DNA from: a virus
DNA length: 64,000 nucleotides
IMG/VR virus record: IMGVR_UViG_3300048592_000418
Span: 1 to 64,000 of that record
Strand: one strand, 5' to 3'
A program made the translations under genes and the position numbers. Shown here piece by piece: positions 8,779 through 18,590 of this stretch (positions within the stretch are counted from its first letter, which is position 1; the number at the start of each line of letters is the position of its first letter). The notes under the pieces were generated by a model. That model was not told where the DNA came from. It saw only the letters and a program-made list of their open reading frames with translations, and did not search any database.

Positions 8779-9648
8779 ATGGATACACCGACAACGGCGG
8801 CGGAAACTACGGGAGCCAAAAGAGGTTCCCTTGCGACGAAACTCGCGATGGTTCTGACGAAGATCAATCGCGTCCCGAAGAACGGCGAAAACAAGTTTCA
8901 CAATTACAAGTTCGTCACCGAATCGGATCTGTCCGATGCAGTGCGGGCCCACCTTGGCGAAGTTGGCGTGTTCATCTTCACCGATCAGGCGGAAGTGACG
9001 CGCACCGAATGGAAAAAGACGAGCCGTGGGGAAGAGCAATGGATGACGCGCGTGAAGCTCACGCACACGTTCGTTGACGGCGACACGGGCGAGACGTTCA
9101 GTGTCACGAGTTACGGCGAGGGAATCGACGGTGGGGACAAAGGACTTTACAAATCGATCACCGGCGCGACGAAATACTTCCTTTACAAGAATTTTCTGAT
9201 CTCCACTGGCGACGATCCGGAGCGCGAAAACGACAACGAACGCCGGCAGGATCGCGAGGAAGCAGGCAGCGACGGACGCTACGCGCGCCGCGAGCGCGTT
9301 AATCCCGACGGCGACGGCGGACGCTCCCGCCAGCAGCAGAGCACGGGCGCCGCGGCCGGAACGGCGCAGCAGGAAAAGAAGGCGCCGGAAGTCCCGCGGG
9401 ATCCGGAAGTGAAGCTGGGGGACATGCTCCCGAATGGCGAGAAATGGGAAAACGTCGTCATTCACTTCGGGAAGAAATACAAGTCGAAGAAGCTCGGCGA
9501 ACTGACGCCGGAGCAGATCAACGCATGGGCGGACGAGTGGAATCCGTTCGCTGACGCCGAGGGAAACCGGCGCGAGGCGTCAGACGAAGACAAACACCTT
9601 CGGATCGCGCTGAACGCTTACAAGCGCGAGCGCGACGCGAAGCAGTAA
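8779..9648 (+). CDS. erf: ERF-family single-strand annealing protein
   Basis: VPKNGENKFHNYKFVTESD...YGEGIDGGDKGLYKSITGATKYFLYKNFLISTGDDPE. Confidence 0.9.
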   Translation: MDTPTTAAETTGAKRGSLATKLAMVLTKINRVPKNGENKFHNYKFVTESDLSDAVRAHLGEVGVFIFTDQAEVTRTEWKKTSRGEEQWMTRVKLTHTFVDGDTGETFSVTSYGEGIDGGDKGLYKSITGATKYFLYKNFLISTGDDPERENDNERRQDREEAGSDGRYARRERVNPDGDGGRSRQQQSTGAAAGTAQQEKKAPEVPRDPEVKLGDMLPNGEKWENVVIHFGKKYKSKKLGELTPEQINAWADEWNPFADAEGNRREASDEDKHLRIALNAYKRERDAKQ

Positions 9649-9694
9649 ACTCCCGCAGCGCGCATCCCGCGCTTTTCCTCCCTCGCTTTAGGAA

Positions 9695-9710
9695 TGTTCC
9701 ACGTGGAACA
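9695..9710. promoter_or_regulatory. parS: parS centromere-like site (ParB/Spo0J consensus)
   Basis: Intergenic perfect palindrome TGTTCCACGTGGAACA, extended to GAATGTTCCACGTGGAACATTC (9692-9713). Confidence 0.9.
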
Positions 9711-9742
9711 TTCACGCTTTCACCTATCCGCACGAAACGATC

Positions 9743-12112
9743 ATGAAATTAGAACGCATCATTGCCCGTGGTATCATGGGCTTAAACATAGACGAGAAAC
9801 TAGACGCGGCGAACGTGTTCGTCGCTCCGAATTGGCTGAAGGGAAAGACGGCGCGCGCGCATGCGATCACCGTCCTTTTGCTCGGCTATCTTCCGAAGCT
9901 CGGCAAACGCAATCAGGACACCGCGCGGCTGATGTCGGCGCGCGAAATGCATTTGGAAGGGCATTTTACCGGCGGGATCGTCCTGTCCCGGACGTTCACG
10001 ATGAAGGGCGGATCCGTGAAGTGCGAAGCGAAGATCCCGCCGCAGCTCGGCAACGCGGACGAACTGGCGATCATGCTGAACTTCGGCGAATACGCTGCGC
10101 AGACGGAACAGGCGCGCCGGGATTACGTGTTCGGACTGCTGAACCTGTCCGCGATGACGGAGTTCAGCGAATCAGCCATGGTGGGCGAAGTCCGTGCGGC
10201 CGTTGCGAAGGCGTGCGGCGAAGACGACGCGACGCGCAAGGCCGTTGACGCGCTGACCGCGAAGATCGCCGATTGCGTGAAGGAACAGGCGCCGGAGCTG
10301 ACGCGGGGCTGTGCATATTCTCCCGGCGAGGATCCGGAGCTGTCCCCGCAGCAATGGCTAGGCGTCGCACTCGAAGCCGCGGCCGAATTCACGAAGTCCG
10401 CGAAGGAATACGCCGCGCGGATGGAAAAGACGGTTCAGGGCATCACGACATTGAAACTTCAGGACACGGCGCCGGCCGTGAACCTCGCGGCCGTTGAAGC
10501 CGAGCGGGAGCGCGTCACGCGCGAGCGGGAAGCCATCGTTGCGCGCCGGGAAGAGCTGAACGCGCAGAAGAAGCAGATCGACGAAGCTCGCCGGCGCCGG
10601 AACCTGATCACGGAAACGCTGCGCGAACTTCAGCCGAAGATCGAAGCGCTCGCGGCACTGAAGGCGAAGCTCGCGGCGAACACGTCGAACAGCGAAGCGG
10701 CGGCGAAGGAAATGTTCGCGCTCGTGAAGACGCGGCACGATCTGGACACGCAGCTTCGCGAAATCGACGCCGCGGGGATCCGCCGGCGGGAAATCAATCA
10801 CCGGCTTCCGGCGTTGAAGCGCGCGAAGGACAAGGCGCAAGCGTGCCGCGATCACATGGAAGAGCTGGACAAGCGTTTCAGCTTCGAGCGGCTGACGACT
10901 GCGGGGCAGGCAGTGGCAACGGCGGAGGAAGCCGCGCGGTTCAATGCGAACGAGCAAACGCGGATCGGGCGCGATCTGCTGGACTACCGGCGCACGCTGG
11001 AAGGCCGGGAAACGGCGCTGGCGAGCATCGGAGCCGCGACGCAATGCCCGACATGCCATGCGGCCGGCGAAGGCTGGAAAGCGCTGCGAACGGCCGAACT
11101 GAACACGGAGATTCAGGAACTCACCGGCAAGATCGCGGCGCTGTCCGACGAATTGGAAGAACTGCGCGTGACGGCGGCGGAAGCAAGCGCGGCCGTGATG
11201 AAGGCGAAGAATGCGCACGCGGAGCTGATGCAGTTCGGACGCGAGCGCGATTCGCTCGAACGCGAGATCAAAGACTACGCGCGAGACGCGGAGGAAGCGG
11301 ACAAGCTCGAAGCCGAGCTGACCGCGCTCCCGCAGCCGAACGCGGAGCTGACCGCACAGTTCGGCACGGCGAACGCGCGATGGTCGGAGCTGGCGAAGGC
11401 GGCAGACGAGCGGCGCGCGCTCGAAGCGGACATTGCGAAGGCGGAAGCCGCGGCCGGCGACGTGCAACGGCTGAACGCCGAGCTGACCGCGCTGACGCCG
11501 GACGATCCGCAGATCGAAGCGGCGATTCAGGCGAAGGTTTCGGAATACAACGCGAATCTGACGCGCGCGAACGAGCTGGATCAGCAACGCCGGCTTGCGG
11601 AGAAACGCCAGAACGACGCGCAGCGCGCGGCCGAAGCGGAAACGCAGCGGACGGAAGCGCTCGCGGAAGTTGCCGTGTCGAAACAGGCGGCGGCAACGCT
11701 GAAGGAAATTCAGGAACGCTTTGTTCGCGCTGCATTCGATCCCGTGCTGAAGTCGGCGAACGCGCACTTCGGCGCCATCCTGCAAACGCCGCTCGCATAC
11801 AACGACGGCGAGATCGGCACGTGGCGAAACGGAACATGGGTTTCGCACAAGACATTCAGCGGCGCCGAAGAACGGCTTGCCTACTGCGCGATCAGCATCG
11901 CACTCGCCGCGCGCTCGAAGCTGAAGATCGCGATCATTGACGAACTCGGCACGGTGGACGACGGCAACGCCGCGAAGCTGATCGATGCCGTAGGCGCCGC
12001 GCTCGAAAGCGGATTCATCACGCAGTTCGTCGGAATCGACGCCGGCCGCGCGAAGCTCTATCGCGATCACGCCGCGTTCACAAATTACGTGTTGAACGTT
12101 CGCGAACTTTGA
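9743..12112 (+). CDS. Rad50/SbcC-like SMC-family ATPase
   Basis: Atypical Walker A APNWLKGKT, long coiled coils, zinc hook CPTC, signature FSGAE, Walker B IIDELGTVD. Confidence 0.85.
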   Translation: MKLERIIARGIMGLNIDEKLDAANVFVAPNWLKGKTARAHAITVLLLGYLPKLGKRNQDTARLMSAREMHLEGHFTGGIVLSRTFTMKGGSVKCEAKIPPQLGNADELAIMLNFGEYAAQTEQARRDYVFGLLNLSAMTEFSESAMVGEVRAAVAKACGEDDATRKAVDALTAKIADCVKEQAPELTRGCAYSPGEDPELSPQQWLGVALEAAAEFTKSAKEYAARMEKTVQGITTLKLQDTAPAVNLAAVEAERERVTREREAIVARREELNAQKKQIDEARRRRNLITETLRELQPKIEALAALKAKLAANTSNSEAAAKEMFALVKTRHDLDTQLREIDAAGIRRREINHRLPALKRAKDKAQACRDHMEELDKRFSFERLTTAGQAVATAEEAARFNANEQTRIGRDLLDYRRTLEGRETALASIGAATQCPTCHAAGEGWKALRTAELNTEIQELTGKIAALSDELEELRVTAAEASAAVMKAKNAHAELMQFGRERDSLEREIKDYARDAEEADKLEAELTALPQPNAELTAQFGTANARWSELAKAADERRALEADIAKAEAAAGDVQRLNAELTALTPDDPQIEAAIQAKVSEYNANLTRANELDQQRRLAEKRQNDAQRAAEAETQRTEALAEVAVSKQAAATLKEIQERFVRAAFDPVLKSANAHFGAILQTPLAYNDGEIGTWRNGTWVSHKTFSGAEERLAYCAISIALAARSKLKIAIIDELGTVDDGNAAKLIDAVGAALESGFITQFVGIDAGRAKLYRDHAAFTNYVLNVREL

Positions 12113-12141
12113 TTCACAAACGCGGTTCACGAAACGAAACC

Positions 12142-13845
12142 ATGACGAAGACACGCACGGCCGCGCAGACGGCCGCAATCGAATCCGACGCGAACGAGAT
12201 CGTTCTGTTGGCGGGACCGGGTTCCGGAAAAACAACGACGCTGATCGCGCGCATCCTGCATCGCGTCACGTTCGGCACGGCGCCGAAGAAGATCGCATGC
12301 ATCACGTTCACGAACGCCGCGGCGGACGAAATGGCCGCGCGCTTGCCGTCTGATGTTGTGCTCGGCTACGTCGGCACGCTTCACGGCTTCGCGCTCCGCT
12401 ATCTTCAGCGCTTCGGCCGACAAGTCGGCTACGGCGAGCGCGTTTCGCTGATCGGCGAAGACGAAGGCCGCGATCTGATGGAATCCATCGCGCGCGAGCT
12501 GAAGGTGAATCAGTCGCTTGATCGCCTGTGGGAAATGAAGAAGCAGGGCCGTCCGACGCAGCCGCGGCTTTCTCGCGATCACCTTGTCGTCGCCGAGTAT
12601 TTTGATCGGCTGAAGCGGGAGAGCGCGGCGGATTTCGACGTTCTGTTGACGGAGTTTCGCGATCTGCTTATGTCCGGCGCCGGCCGCGCGCTCGGCGACG
12701 ATTTCGCGGAGCTATACGTTGACGAGTTTCAGGACTCCGGAACCGTGGATTTTCAGATTTACGAACTGCTTCCTGTCGCGCGGAAGTTTTATGTCGGCGA
12801 TCCCGATCAATCGATCTACGGGTTCCGCGGCGCGGACGTGAACGGCATCCTGAAGAAAGCGCGCGGCGCCGGCGTTACCGCGATCAAGCTGGAAGAGAAT
12901 TTCCGTTCGCTCCCGGCGATCTGCGAAGCCGCGCAACGGCTGATCGAAAACAATCCGATCCGCGCGGCGAAGCGGACGATCAGCGCGTCTTCCGATCAAT
13001 GGGCCGATGACGCGGTGACATCGCTTCCCGCGTGCGATAACGAGCGCGAGGAAATTGGCCGCGTGATCGGAATCCTTCGGGACGAGCGCGCGGACATGGA
13101 TTCCGAGCGCATGCGGCCGGACTGGCACGACATTGCGATCCTGACGCGGACGAACGCGCTCGCCTACTCCTTCCGCGACGCGATCCGCGCGGCAGGGATC
13201 CCGGTTCACGAGCCGAAGAAGCGAACGGACCCGATGGCGTTTAGCATGCTGATCACGACGCTGAACTTCCTGATCGATCCGGAAAACAACCTCGCCGCGG
13301 AACAATACGTTCGCGCGCGGATGGGGAAGGAAATTGCGGCCGATCAGCGGCGGCAGGCAGCGGCGCGCCAGTGTTCGATCAACGCGCTTGCGATGCGTTA
13401 TCCGCAGAACATTCCCGCGCTGGACGCGCCGAAATGGCTGCGCGAAATCGGCATGGACGGCGAAGCGGTCATGTTCGTCTCGGAAAAGCTCCGCGCGATG
13501 CACGCGACGGCTGACACGACGATGGCGGATCTCGCGCTGCGCGTCATGATGCGCGAAGACGCGGACGACGATGACAGCGGCGGCGTTCACGTGATGACGG
13601 TTCACGCCGCGAAGGGCCGCGAATGGGATGTCGTCATTCTTCCCGCGTTCGAGGAAGAAGTGACGCCGAGCACGCGCATGGGCGCGAACATTCCGGAGGA
13701 ACGCCGGCTTGCCTACGTTGCCGCTACACGCGCGCGGCATCGGCTTTACATCACGACGGCGCGCGAGCGCGTCGCGAAATGGGGCGGATCACGCGTGCAT
13801 CGGCCGTCGCGCTTTTTGCGTGAACTGCTGGGGAATAACTCGTGA
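12142..13845 (+). CDS. uvrD: UvrD/Rep/PcrA-family SF1 helicase
   Basis: AGPGSGKT, TFTNAAA, VDEFQD, VGDPDQSIYGFRGA, ENFRS, TVHAAKGREW, EERRLAYVAATRAR. Confidence 0.95.
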   Translation: MTKTRTAAQTAAIESDANEIVLLAGPGSGKTTTLIARILHRVTFGTAPKKIACITFTNAAADEMAARLPSDVVLGYVGTLHGFALRYLQRFGRQVGYGERVSLIGEDEGRDLMESIARELKVNQSLDRLWEMKKQGRPTQPRLSRDHLVVAEYFDRLKRESAADFDVLLTEFRDLLMSGAGRALGDDFAELYVDEFQDSGTVDFQIYELLPVARKFYVGDPDQSIYGFRGADVNGILKKARGAGVTAIKLEENFRSLPAICEAAQRLIENNPIRAAKRTISASSDQWADDAVTSLPACDNEREEIGRVIGILRDERADMDSERMRPDWHDIAILTRTNALAYSFRDAIRAAGIPVHEPKKRTDPMAFSMLITTLNFLIDPENNLAAEQYVRARMGKEIAADQRRQAAARQCSINALAMRYPQNIPALDAPKWLREIGMDGEAVMFVSEKLRAMHATADTTMADLALRVMMREDADDDDSGGVHVMTVHAAKGREWDVVILPAFEEEVTPSTRMGANIPEERRLAYVAATRARHRLYITTARERVAKWGGSRVHRPSRFLRELLGNNS

Positions 13846-13911
13846 ACCGTTTCAGCTTTACCCTGAACTGATTTTCGGGATTTCTCCCATTCCTTCCTGA
13901 TTCAACGAAAA

Positions 13912-13950
13912 CAAAACCCGCCGGGCGTTGGAAGCGCTCCGGCGGGTAAA
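13912..13950 (-). terminator. GC hairpin with U-tract on the minus strand, upstream of the initiator gene
   Basis: AAA-ACCCGCCGG...CCGGCGGGT; the A-run precedes the stem on +. Confidence 0.55.
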
Positions 13951-14043
13951 ACTAACAAACGTGATGGCGAACAATGATCATGGGGTCGCACCTGTCAAGG
14001 TCAGCTTCCCCGGAATATCCTGTCAGAAAGCGGAGGGCCGCGC

Positions 14044-14811
14044 ATGACGCCGAAAACGCACTCGTTCGACGTGGAATGCGCCAAAGTGATCGGCGTGGAC
14101 TGCGCAATCGTTCTGGCGTCAATCGCTTGGTGGGTAGGTCACAATAAAGCGAACCGGCGAAATTTCCGGAACGGCCGGCATTGGACCTATAATTCCGCGA
14201 AAGCATGGTCCGAGCTGCTTCCCTATTTCACGCCGAAGCAGATCCGCAGGATTCTCGAAGAACTGGAATCCGCCGGGCTGATCCTGAAGGACAACTTCAA
14301 TGAAAACACCTATGATCGCACGCTTTGGTATTCACTGACCGAAAAGGGCGAAAGCATTTGCCTTTCCGGGAAAATGGAAGGGCCGGTTGCGGAAGATGGA
14401 GATCCCGATCCGGTCCTTTCAATAGACAGTTCAATACCAGTTCAGAACCAAACGAAGGCAGCGGCGGGAGGAAAACCGGATTCAGAAATAGTGTTTCCCC
14501 CGATTCTCTGCACTCCCGCGTTCGGCATGAAGTGGAAGGAATGGCTCGAATATCGGCGGAAGGTTAAGCGCGATCCAGTAAAGCCGGCGACGCAGCGCAG
14601 GCAGCTCGAACGGCTCGCTGCGATTGGCGAAGCGAAGGCGCGCGCATGCATCGATCAGAGCATGGATAATCAATGGTCCGGGCTTTTCCCGGAGAAATTC
14701 GCGGCTGGCGGAGCGAAGTTCCAAGGCAAGACGGGCGGCACGTTTTCGGAATCGCAGTATGGCGAAAACCCATTCGGGGACACCGCCGGCGGAGAAAGGC
14801 AAGCGTCATGA
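14044..14811 (+). CDS. Phage replication initiator / replisome organizer
   Basis: HSFDVECAKVIG...WTYNSAKAWSELLPYFTPKQIRRILEEL (wHTH); C-terminal WKEWLEYRR...DQSMDNQWSGLF. Confidence 0.85.
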   Translation: MTPKTHSFDVECAKVIGVDCAIVLASIAWWVGHNKANRRNFRNGRHWTYNSAKAWSELLPYFTPKQIRRILEELESAGLILKDNFNENTYDRTLWYSLTEKGESICLSGKMEGPVAEDGDPDPVLSIDSSIPVQNQTKAAAGGKPDSEIVFPPILCTPAFGMKWKEWLEYRRKVKRDPVKPATQRRQLERLAAIGEAKARACIDQSMDNQWSGLFPEKFAAGGAKFQGKTGGTFSESQYGENPFGDTAGGERQAS

Positions 14812-15575
14812 GCGCAGACGCACCGAAGGGACCGCCGAAGCGGCAGATTACGGCCGCGTGCTGCAAATGCGGAACCGCGTTTCAGCTCGAACAGACGCAC
14901 GTCGCGGGCAATTGGTGGCCGACTGAAGGCATTTGCGACGCGTGCGACGAAGAGCACGTGAAGAAGGCGCGCGGCGCACAGCCGAAGGCGGAAAAGCCGA
15001 TCTGGCAGCGGCGCACGGACGAGTTCACGCCGGAAGATTTCCGCGTTCTGATTCGCGCGAAACTCCCGATGGCGATTACGTCCTATCGCGAGCCGGCGAG
15101 TTCGCACGAAACGGCGATGAAATGGACGACGGCCGCGGGCCGGAGTCTGCTGCTGGTGGGGGACACCGGATTAGGGAAAACGCGCACGATGTTCGCGCTC
15201 GCGGCGGAGCTGATGCGCGCGAACCCGCTGCTGAACGTGCTGAAGTTCGACTGCATCAGCTTCGGCGAGGAATCGAAGGCGCGCCGGTTTACAGGCAAGG
15301 GCGCCGAGTGGTTCCGATACATGGCGCGGATCGATCTCGTGATCTTCGATGACTTGTTCCGCGGCGTGCTGGACGAACAGGTTCAAGAGGAACTTTTCGC
15401 GCTGATCTCCACCCGCTGCGACGCGAAGAAGCCGATCATCGCAACGACGCAGTTCACCGGGGACACGATGGCGCAAGTTCTGAAGGCGCATCACGTCGCC
15501 GCACTCTCCCGACGCTTTAGGGATTACTTCCAAGTCGTCCCATTCCTGAAACCGCAACCATCATTGAAGAAGTGA
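14808..15575 (+). CDS. DnaC/IstB-like AAA+ helicase loader
   Basis: CxxC pairs, GDTGLGKT, VIFDDL, IIATTQ, SRRFRD. Confidence 0.85.
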   Translation: MSADAPKGPPKRQITAACCKCGTAFQLEQTHVAGNWWPTEGICDACDEEHVKKARGAQPKAEKPIWQRRTDEFTPEDFRVLIRAKLPMAITSYREPASSHETAMKWTTAAGRSLLLVGDTGLGKTRTMFALAAELMRANPLLNVLKFDCISFGEESKARRFTGKGAEWFRYMARIDLVIFDDLFRGVLDEQVQEELFALISTRCDAKKPIIATTQFTGDTMAQVLKAHHVAALSRRFRDYFQVVPFLKPQPSLKK

Positions 15576-16273
15576 GCGAAAACCAAAGTAACGAAATGAG
15601 CACGAAAAACACCGTGAAGATCGGGGATCGTGAATACGATCTTTCCGAAGTCGCCGACGTGGCGCAATTGCAAGCGACGCTTGTCCCGGACAATTGGCCG
15701 GGGAACAAGGCCGATTGCGTCCGCCTGTTCCTGCAAACGCGGGAACTGCTGGCGTTCCAGTTCAGCCGGCATCTCGCGCACAATTGGCTGAAGCTGTGCA
15801 AGACCGCGCAGGAAACGAAGGAAGACGGCGATCCCGCGAAGGTGAAGGCCGGATTTGCGTTCGAGCTGGATCAGTCGGCGCCGCTTGTCGCCGCGATTAC
15901 GAAATGCAAAATGTCCTTCAGCGCGACGCATTCGACGGAATCGAAGCCGATCACGAAGGACATCACGCAAGGCGAATTTCTCGGCGATGACATGAGCGTC
16001 ATTCTCGACACGTCTTCGCTGGACAAGGAAATGCAGGAATCGGAAAAGCCGGCCGCGGGCGAGGGCGGAGAGAACGGCGCCGGCGAGCCGGGCGAACCCG
16101 GCGAAGGTGGGGAGCGCGCGCCGGCCGATGCGAACGGCGCGGACGCCGGCGGAGAAAATCCGCCTGATCCGGAGAACCCGCCGGCCGCGGAACCGGGCGC
16201 CGAGCCGGAGAAATCCGGGAAGAAAAAGCGCAGCCGGAAGAAGAAGGAAGCGACCGCAGCCGCGGCGGGATAA
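15572..16273 (+). CDS. Hypothetical protein with acidic disordered region and Lys-rich tail
   Basis: GTGA-coupled ORF. Confidence 0.7.
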   Translation: MSENQSNEMSTKNTVKIGDREYDLSEVADVAQLQATLVPDNWPGNKADCVRLFLQTRELLAFQFSRHLAHNWLKLCKTAQETKEDGDPAKVKAGFAFELDQSAPLVAAITKCKMSFSATHSTESKPITKDITQGEFLGDDMSVILDTSSLDKEMQESEKPAAGEGGENGAGEPGEPGEGGERAPADANGADAGGENPPDPENPPAAEPGAEPEKSGKKKRSRKKKEATAAAAG

Positions 16274-16329
16274 CGCGCGCGCACTCGCACGGACCGCCGG
16301 GCGCGGGATTCGTCCCCGCTCGGCGGTTC

Positions 16330-16956
16330 ATGCCGATTGACAACACGACGATCACGACTGAGAAAACGACTATGACGAGAACACGAACCGAGTTGGCGAA
16401 GGATGGGAAACGAATGCTCGAAATGCTGATCGCGTCCTTCACGGATCACCGCGAAGCGATCACTGTCACGATGCGGGAGCTTCAGTTTTCCGTCGCTTAC
16501 ACGATCCGCGTTCACGACGAAGATCAGGGCAAGGTGATCGGCAAAGGCGGGCTGCATATCCGCGCGATCAAGCACATCATGACGAAGGCCGGCGCCAGTG
16601 TTGGGCTCGCTGTTCGCGTCACGCTGTTGACGGACGAAGAACGCCGCAACGTCGGCGCACCGTTCTGGAACAATCCCGATTACGATCCGAAGCCGGCCGT
16701 CGAACTGCTGAAGGGTTTCGTCGGCGCGCTTGTGCAATATCCGGCCGTCGTCACCGCGGAGAAAGCGGACGAAGCGATCTATTTTCAGATCGCGCTCGGC
16801 TCGCAATCGGACTTCACGAATTTTCACACGCCAGACGAGACGGGACTGACAACGAAGGCGGCGCTCGAAGCTCTTTGGAAGGCTTACGGGAACAAGGAAG
16901 GCGCCGTTTTCTACGTTGACGCTGTTCAGCTCGCCACGGCCGGAAAGCGTGCGTGA
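16330..16956 (+). CDS. KhpA-like KH RNA-binding protein with a second, degenerate KH repeat
   Basis: IRVHDEDQGKVIGKGGLHIRAIKHIM; second repeat VELLKGFVGALVQYPAVVT lacks GxxG. Confidence 0.85.
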   Translation: MPIDNTTITTEKTTMTRTRTELAKDGKRMLEMLIASFTDHREAITVTMRELQFSVAYTIRVHDEDQGKVIGKGGLHIRAIKHIMTKAGASVGLAVRVTLLTDEERRNVGAPFWNNPDYDPKPAVELLKGFVGALVQYPAVVTAEKADEAIYFQIALGSQSDFTNFHTPDETGLTTKAALEALWKAYGNKEGAVFYVDAVQLATAGKRA

Positions 16957-17399
16957 GCTGTAAACAGCTCGATCACCTGACGGCGCGGATGTTCGATCAT
17001 CCGCTGCGCTATCACGTCGAAAGCGCGAGCCGGCCGCACGTCACGCACCTTTGCGAGCTGAACCTGTATCGCGGAAACGGAAAATGTTCGTGCGAATACT
17101 TCGATTTTACCCTGTCCGGAATTCTCGCGCAGGGCATCACGCCGGCGGATGCCGTTGCGCGCGGAATCGTGAAGCTGGAACGCAAAGACGGCCGTCCGAA
17201 GAAAGACACCCGCGACGCGCTGCGTTGCGATCACCTGATTGAAGCTCGGCGCCAATTCGCCGAAGACATGATCCATGCAATACACTCGAATGAAAAGACG
17301 CACCGGGTTGAAGCGAAGCGGATTTCTAAAGCGGACTTGCTCGCTGCGCGCGAAGAAGTCCGGCACGACATCCGCGAAGCGCATGCCGCGCATTACTGA
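16953..17399 (+). CDS. SWIM zinc-finger protein
   Basis: GKCSCEYF...RCDHLIEAR. Confidence 0.7.
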   Translation: MSCKQLDHLTARMFDHPLRYHVESASRPHVTHLCELNLYRGNGKCSCEYFDFTLSGILAQGITPADAVARGIVKLERKDGRPKKDTRDALRCDHLIEARRQFAEDMIHAIHSNEKTHRVEAKRISKADLLAAREEVRHDIREAHAAHY

Positions 17400-17829
17400 A
17401 CAGCGCGCGGCCGAACGGCGCGAATACGCGGAGCTGCGCGAGCGTTACCTTCGCGATCATCCGGTTTGTCAGTTCTGGATCGCCGAGCGCGGACTGGACG
17501 AACAGATCGTTCTTCAGCAGCTCGGCGGAAATCTCCGGCCGGGCGATCTATGGTGGAGCGGCGAGCGCGTGCCGTTCTCGAATCAGATCCATCACCGGAA
17601 CAAATGTCGCCGTGCGCGGCTGACGGATGAACGATGGATCATGGCCGTCTCGCAGCGCGGACATGATGGCATCGAAGGCCGGAAGACATGGGCGCGGGAA
17701 CGCGGCTACCTGCTTCCGATTCAGGCGGACGCGGAAGGTCGCTGGGGCGCCGGGAATCAGGCGTTGACGACGCCGGAACTGATGGCGTCGCGTGTCACGG
17801 TCGCGCCGGCGGAGAAAGTGACGTTTTGA
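17290..17829 (+). CDS. HNH-like nuclease
   Basis: MKRRTGLKR N-terminus; DHPVCQF, NQIHH, AVSQRGHDGIE. Confidence 0.6.
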   Translation: MKRRTGLKRSGFLKRTCSLRAKKSGTTSAKRMPRITEQRAAERREYAELRERYLRDHPVCQFWIAERGLDEQIVLQQLGGNLRPGDLWWSGERVPFSNQIHHRNKCRRARLTDERWIMAVSQRGHDGIEGRKTWARERGYLLPIQADAEGRWGAGNQALTTPELMASRVTVAPAEKVTF

Positions 17830-17832
17830 ATC

Positions 17833-18048
17833 ATGAAACCGAAGAAGCCGAATCGTGACATCGGGACGGATGATCTGACGATTACGTTCGGACCGATCAC
17901 CGTGCAGCGAATCGGGTTCATGGGGAAACGTGGGAAGAAAAATGGGCCGGCTTTGATCACGGTTAAACCTGACGGTCGCATAATTGGTCCGAATGGGCGG
18001 CAACTTCGGGGCAAAGTGACGGTGACAATCACGAGGGAATTCCGATGA
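17833..18048 (+). CDS. Small basic hypothetical protein
   Basis: Coupled to the next gene by ATGA. Confidence 0.55.
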   Translation: MKPKKPNRDIGTDDLTITFGPITVQRIGFMGKRGKKNGPALITVKPDGRIIGPNGRQLRGKVTVTITREFR

Positions 18049-18590
18049 CGCCGGCTGAATACCTCACGCTGAAACAAGCGATCATCGCGCTCGGATACAG
18101 CGAAATGATCGAATGGTCCGAGTCATTGAAGCCGGTCAGTGATCCGGATACGTTTTGGGAGGAATACGCGTGGGTTGTCCTGAACTCCGGCATGAAGGAA
18201 CAGATCGCGCGGCAGATTTGGAACAAGGTTCGTCCGGCCGTGCGCGAAGGTCGCGGCGCCGGATCCGTGTTCGGATACAAGGCGAAAGCGCGCGGGATCG
18301 ATCTCGTTTACGCCGGCCGGCTGAAGCTGCTGCGCACGTATCAGCAAACGCCTGATGCGGAAAAAATGACATGGCTTCGCGGTCTGCCGTTCATCGGGCC
18401 GATCACCGTTTACCATTTGGCGAAGAACTACGGCTTCGATTGCGCGAAGCCGGATCGTCACCTTGTCCGCATCGCCGGATCGGCGGAAGCGGCGCACGCA
18501 CTTTGCGCGCATATCGCGCGCGTCACTGGCGACAGGATTGCGACCGTTGACGTTGTGATCTGGCGCGCCGCAAACCTGAAACTCGCATGA
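18045..18590 (+). CDS. HhH-GPD superfamily DNA glycosylase-like protein
   Basis: LRGLPFIGPITVYHLAKNYGFDCAKPDRHLVR. Confidence 0.8.
   Translation: MTPAEYLTLKQAIIALGYSEMIEWSESLKPVSDPDTFWEEYAWVVLNSGMKEQIARQIWNKVRPAVREGRGAGSVFGYKAKARGIDLVYAGRLKLLRTYQQTPDAEKMTWLRGLPFIGPITVYHLAKNYGFDCAKPDRHLVRIAGSAEAAHALCAHIARVTGDRIATVDVVIWRAANLKLA

Noticed and set aside
12111-12130. Additional operator before uvrD (CAAACGCGGTTCA)
   Set aside because: Left arm does not match and there is no A-tract/-35 context
9743-13845. Gabija or Lamassu defence system
   Set aside because: No TOPRIM domain or effector; context is a phage recombination operon
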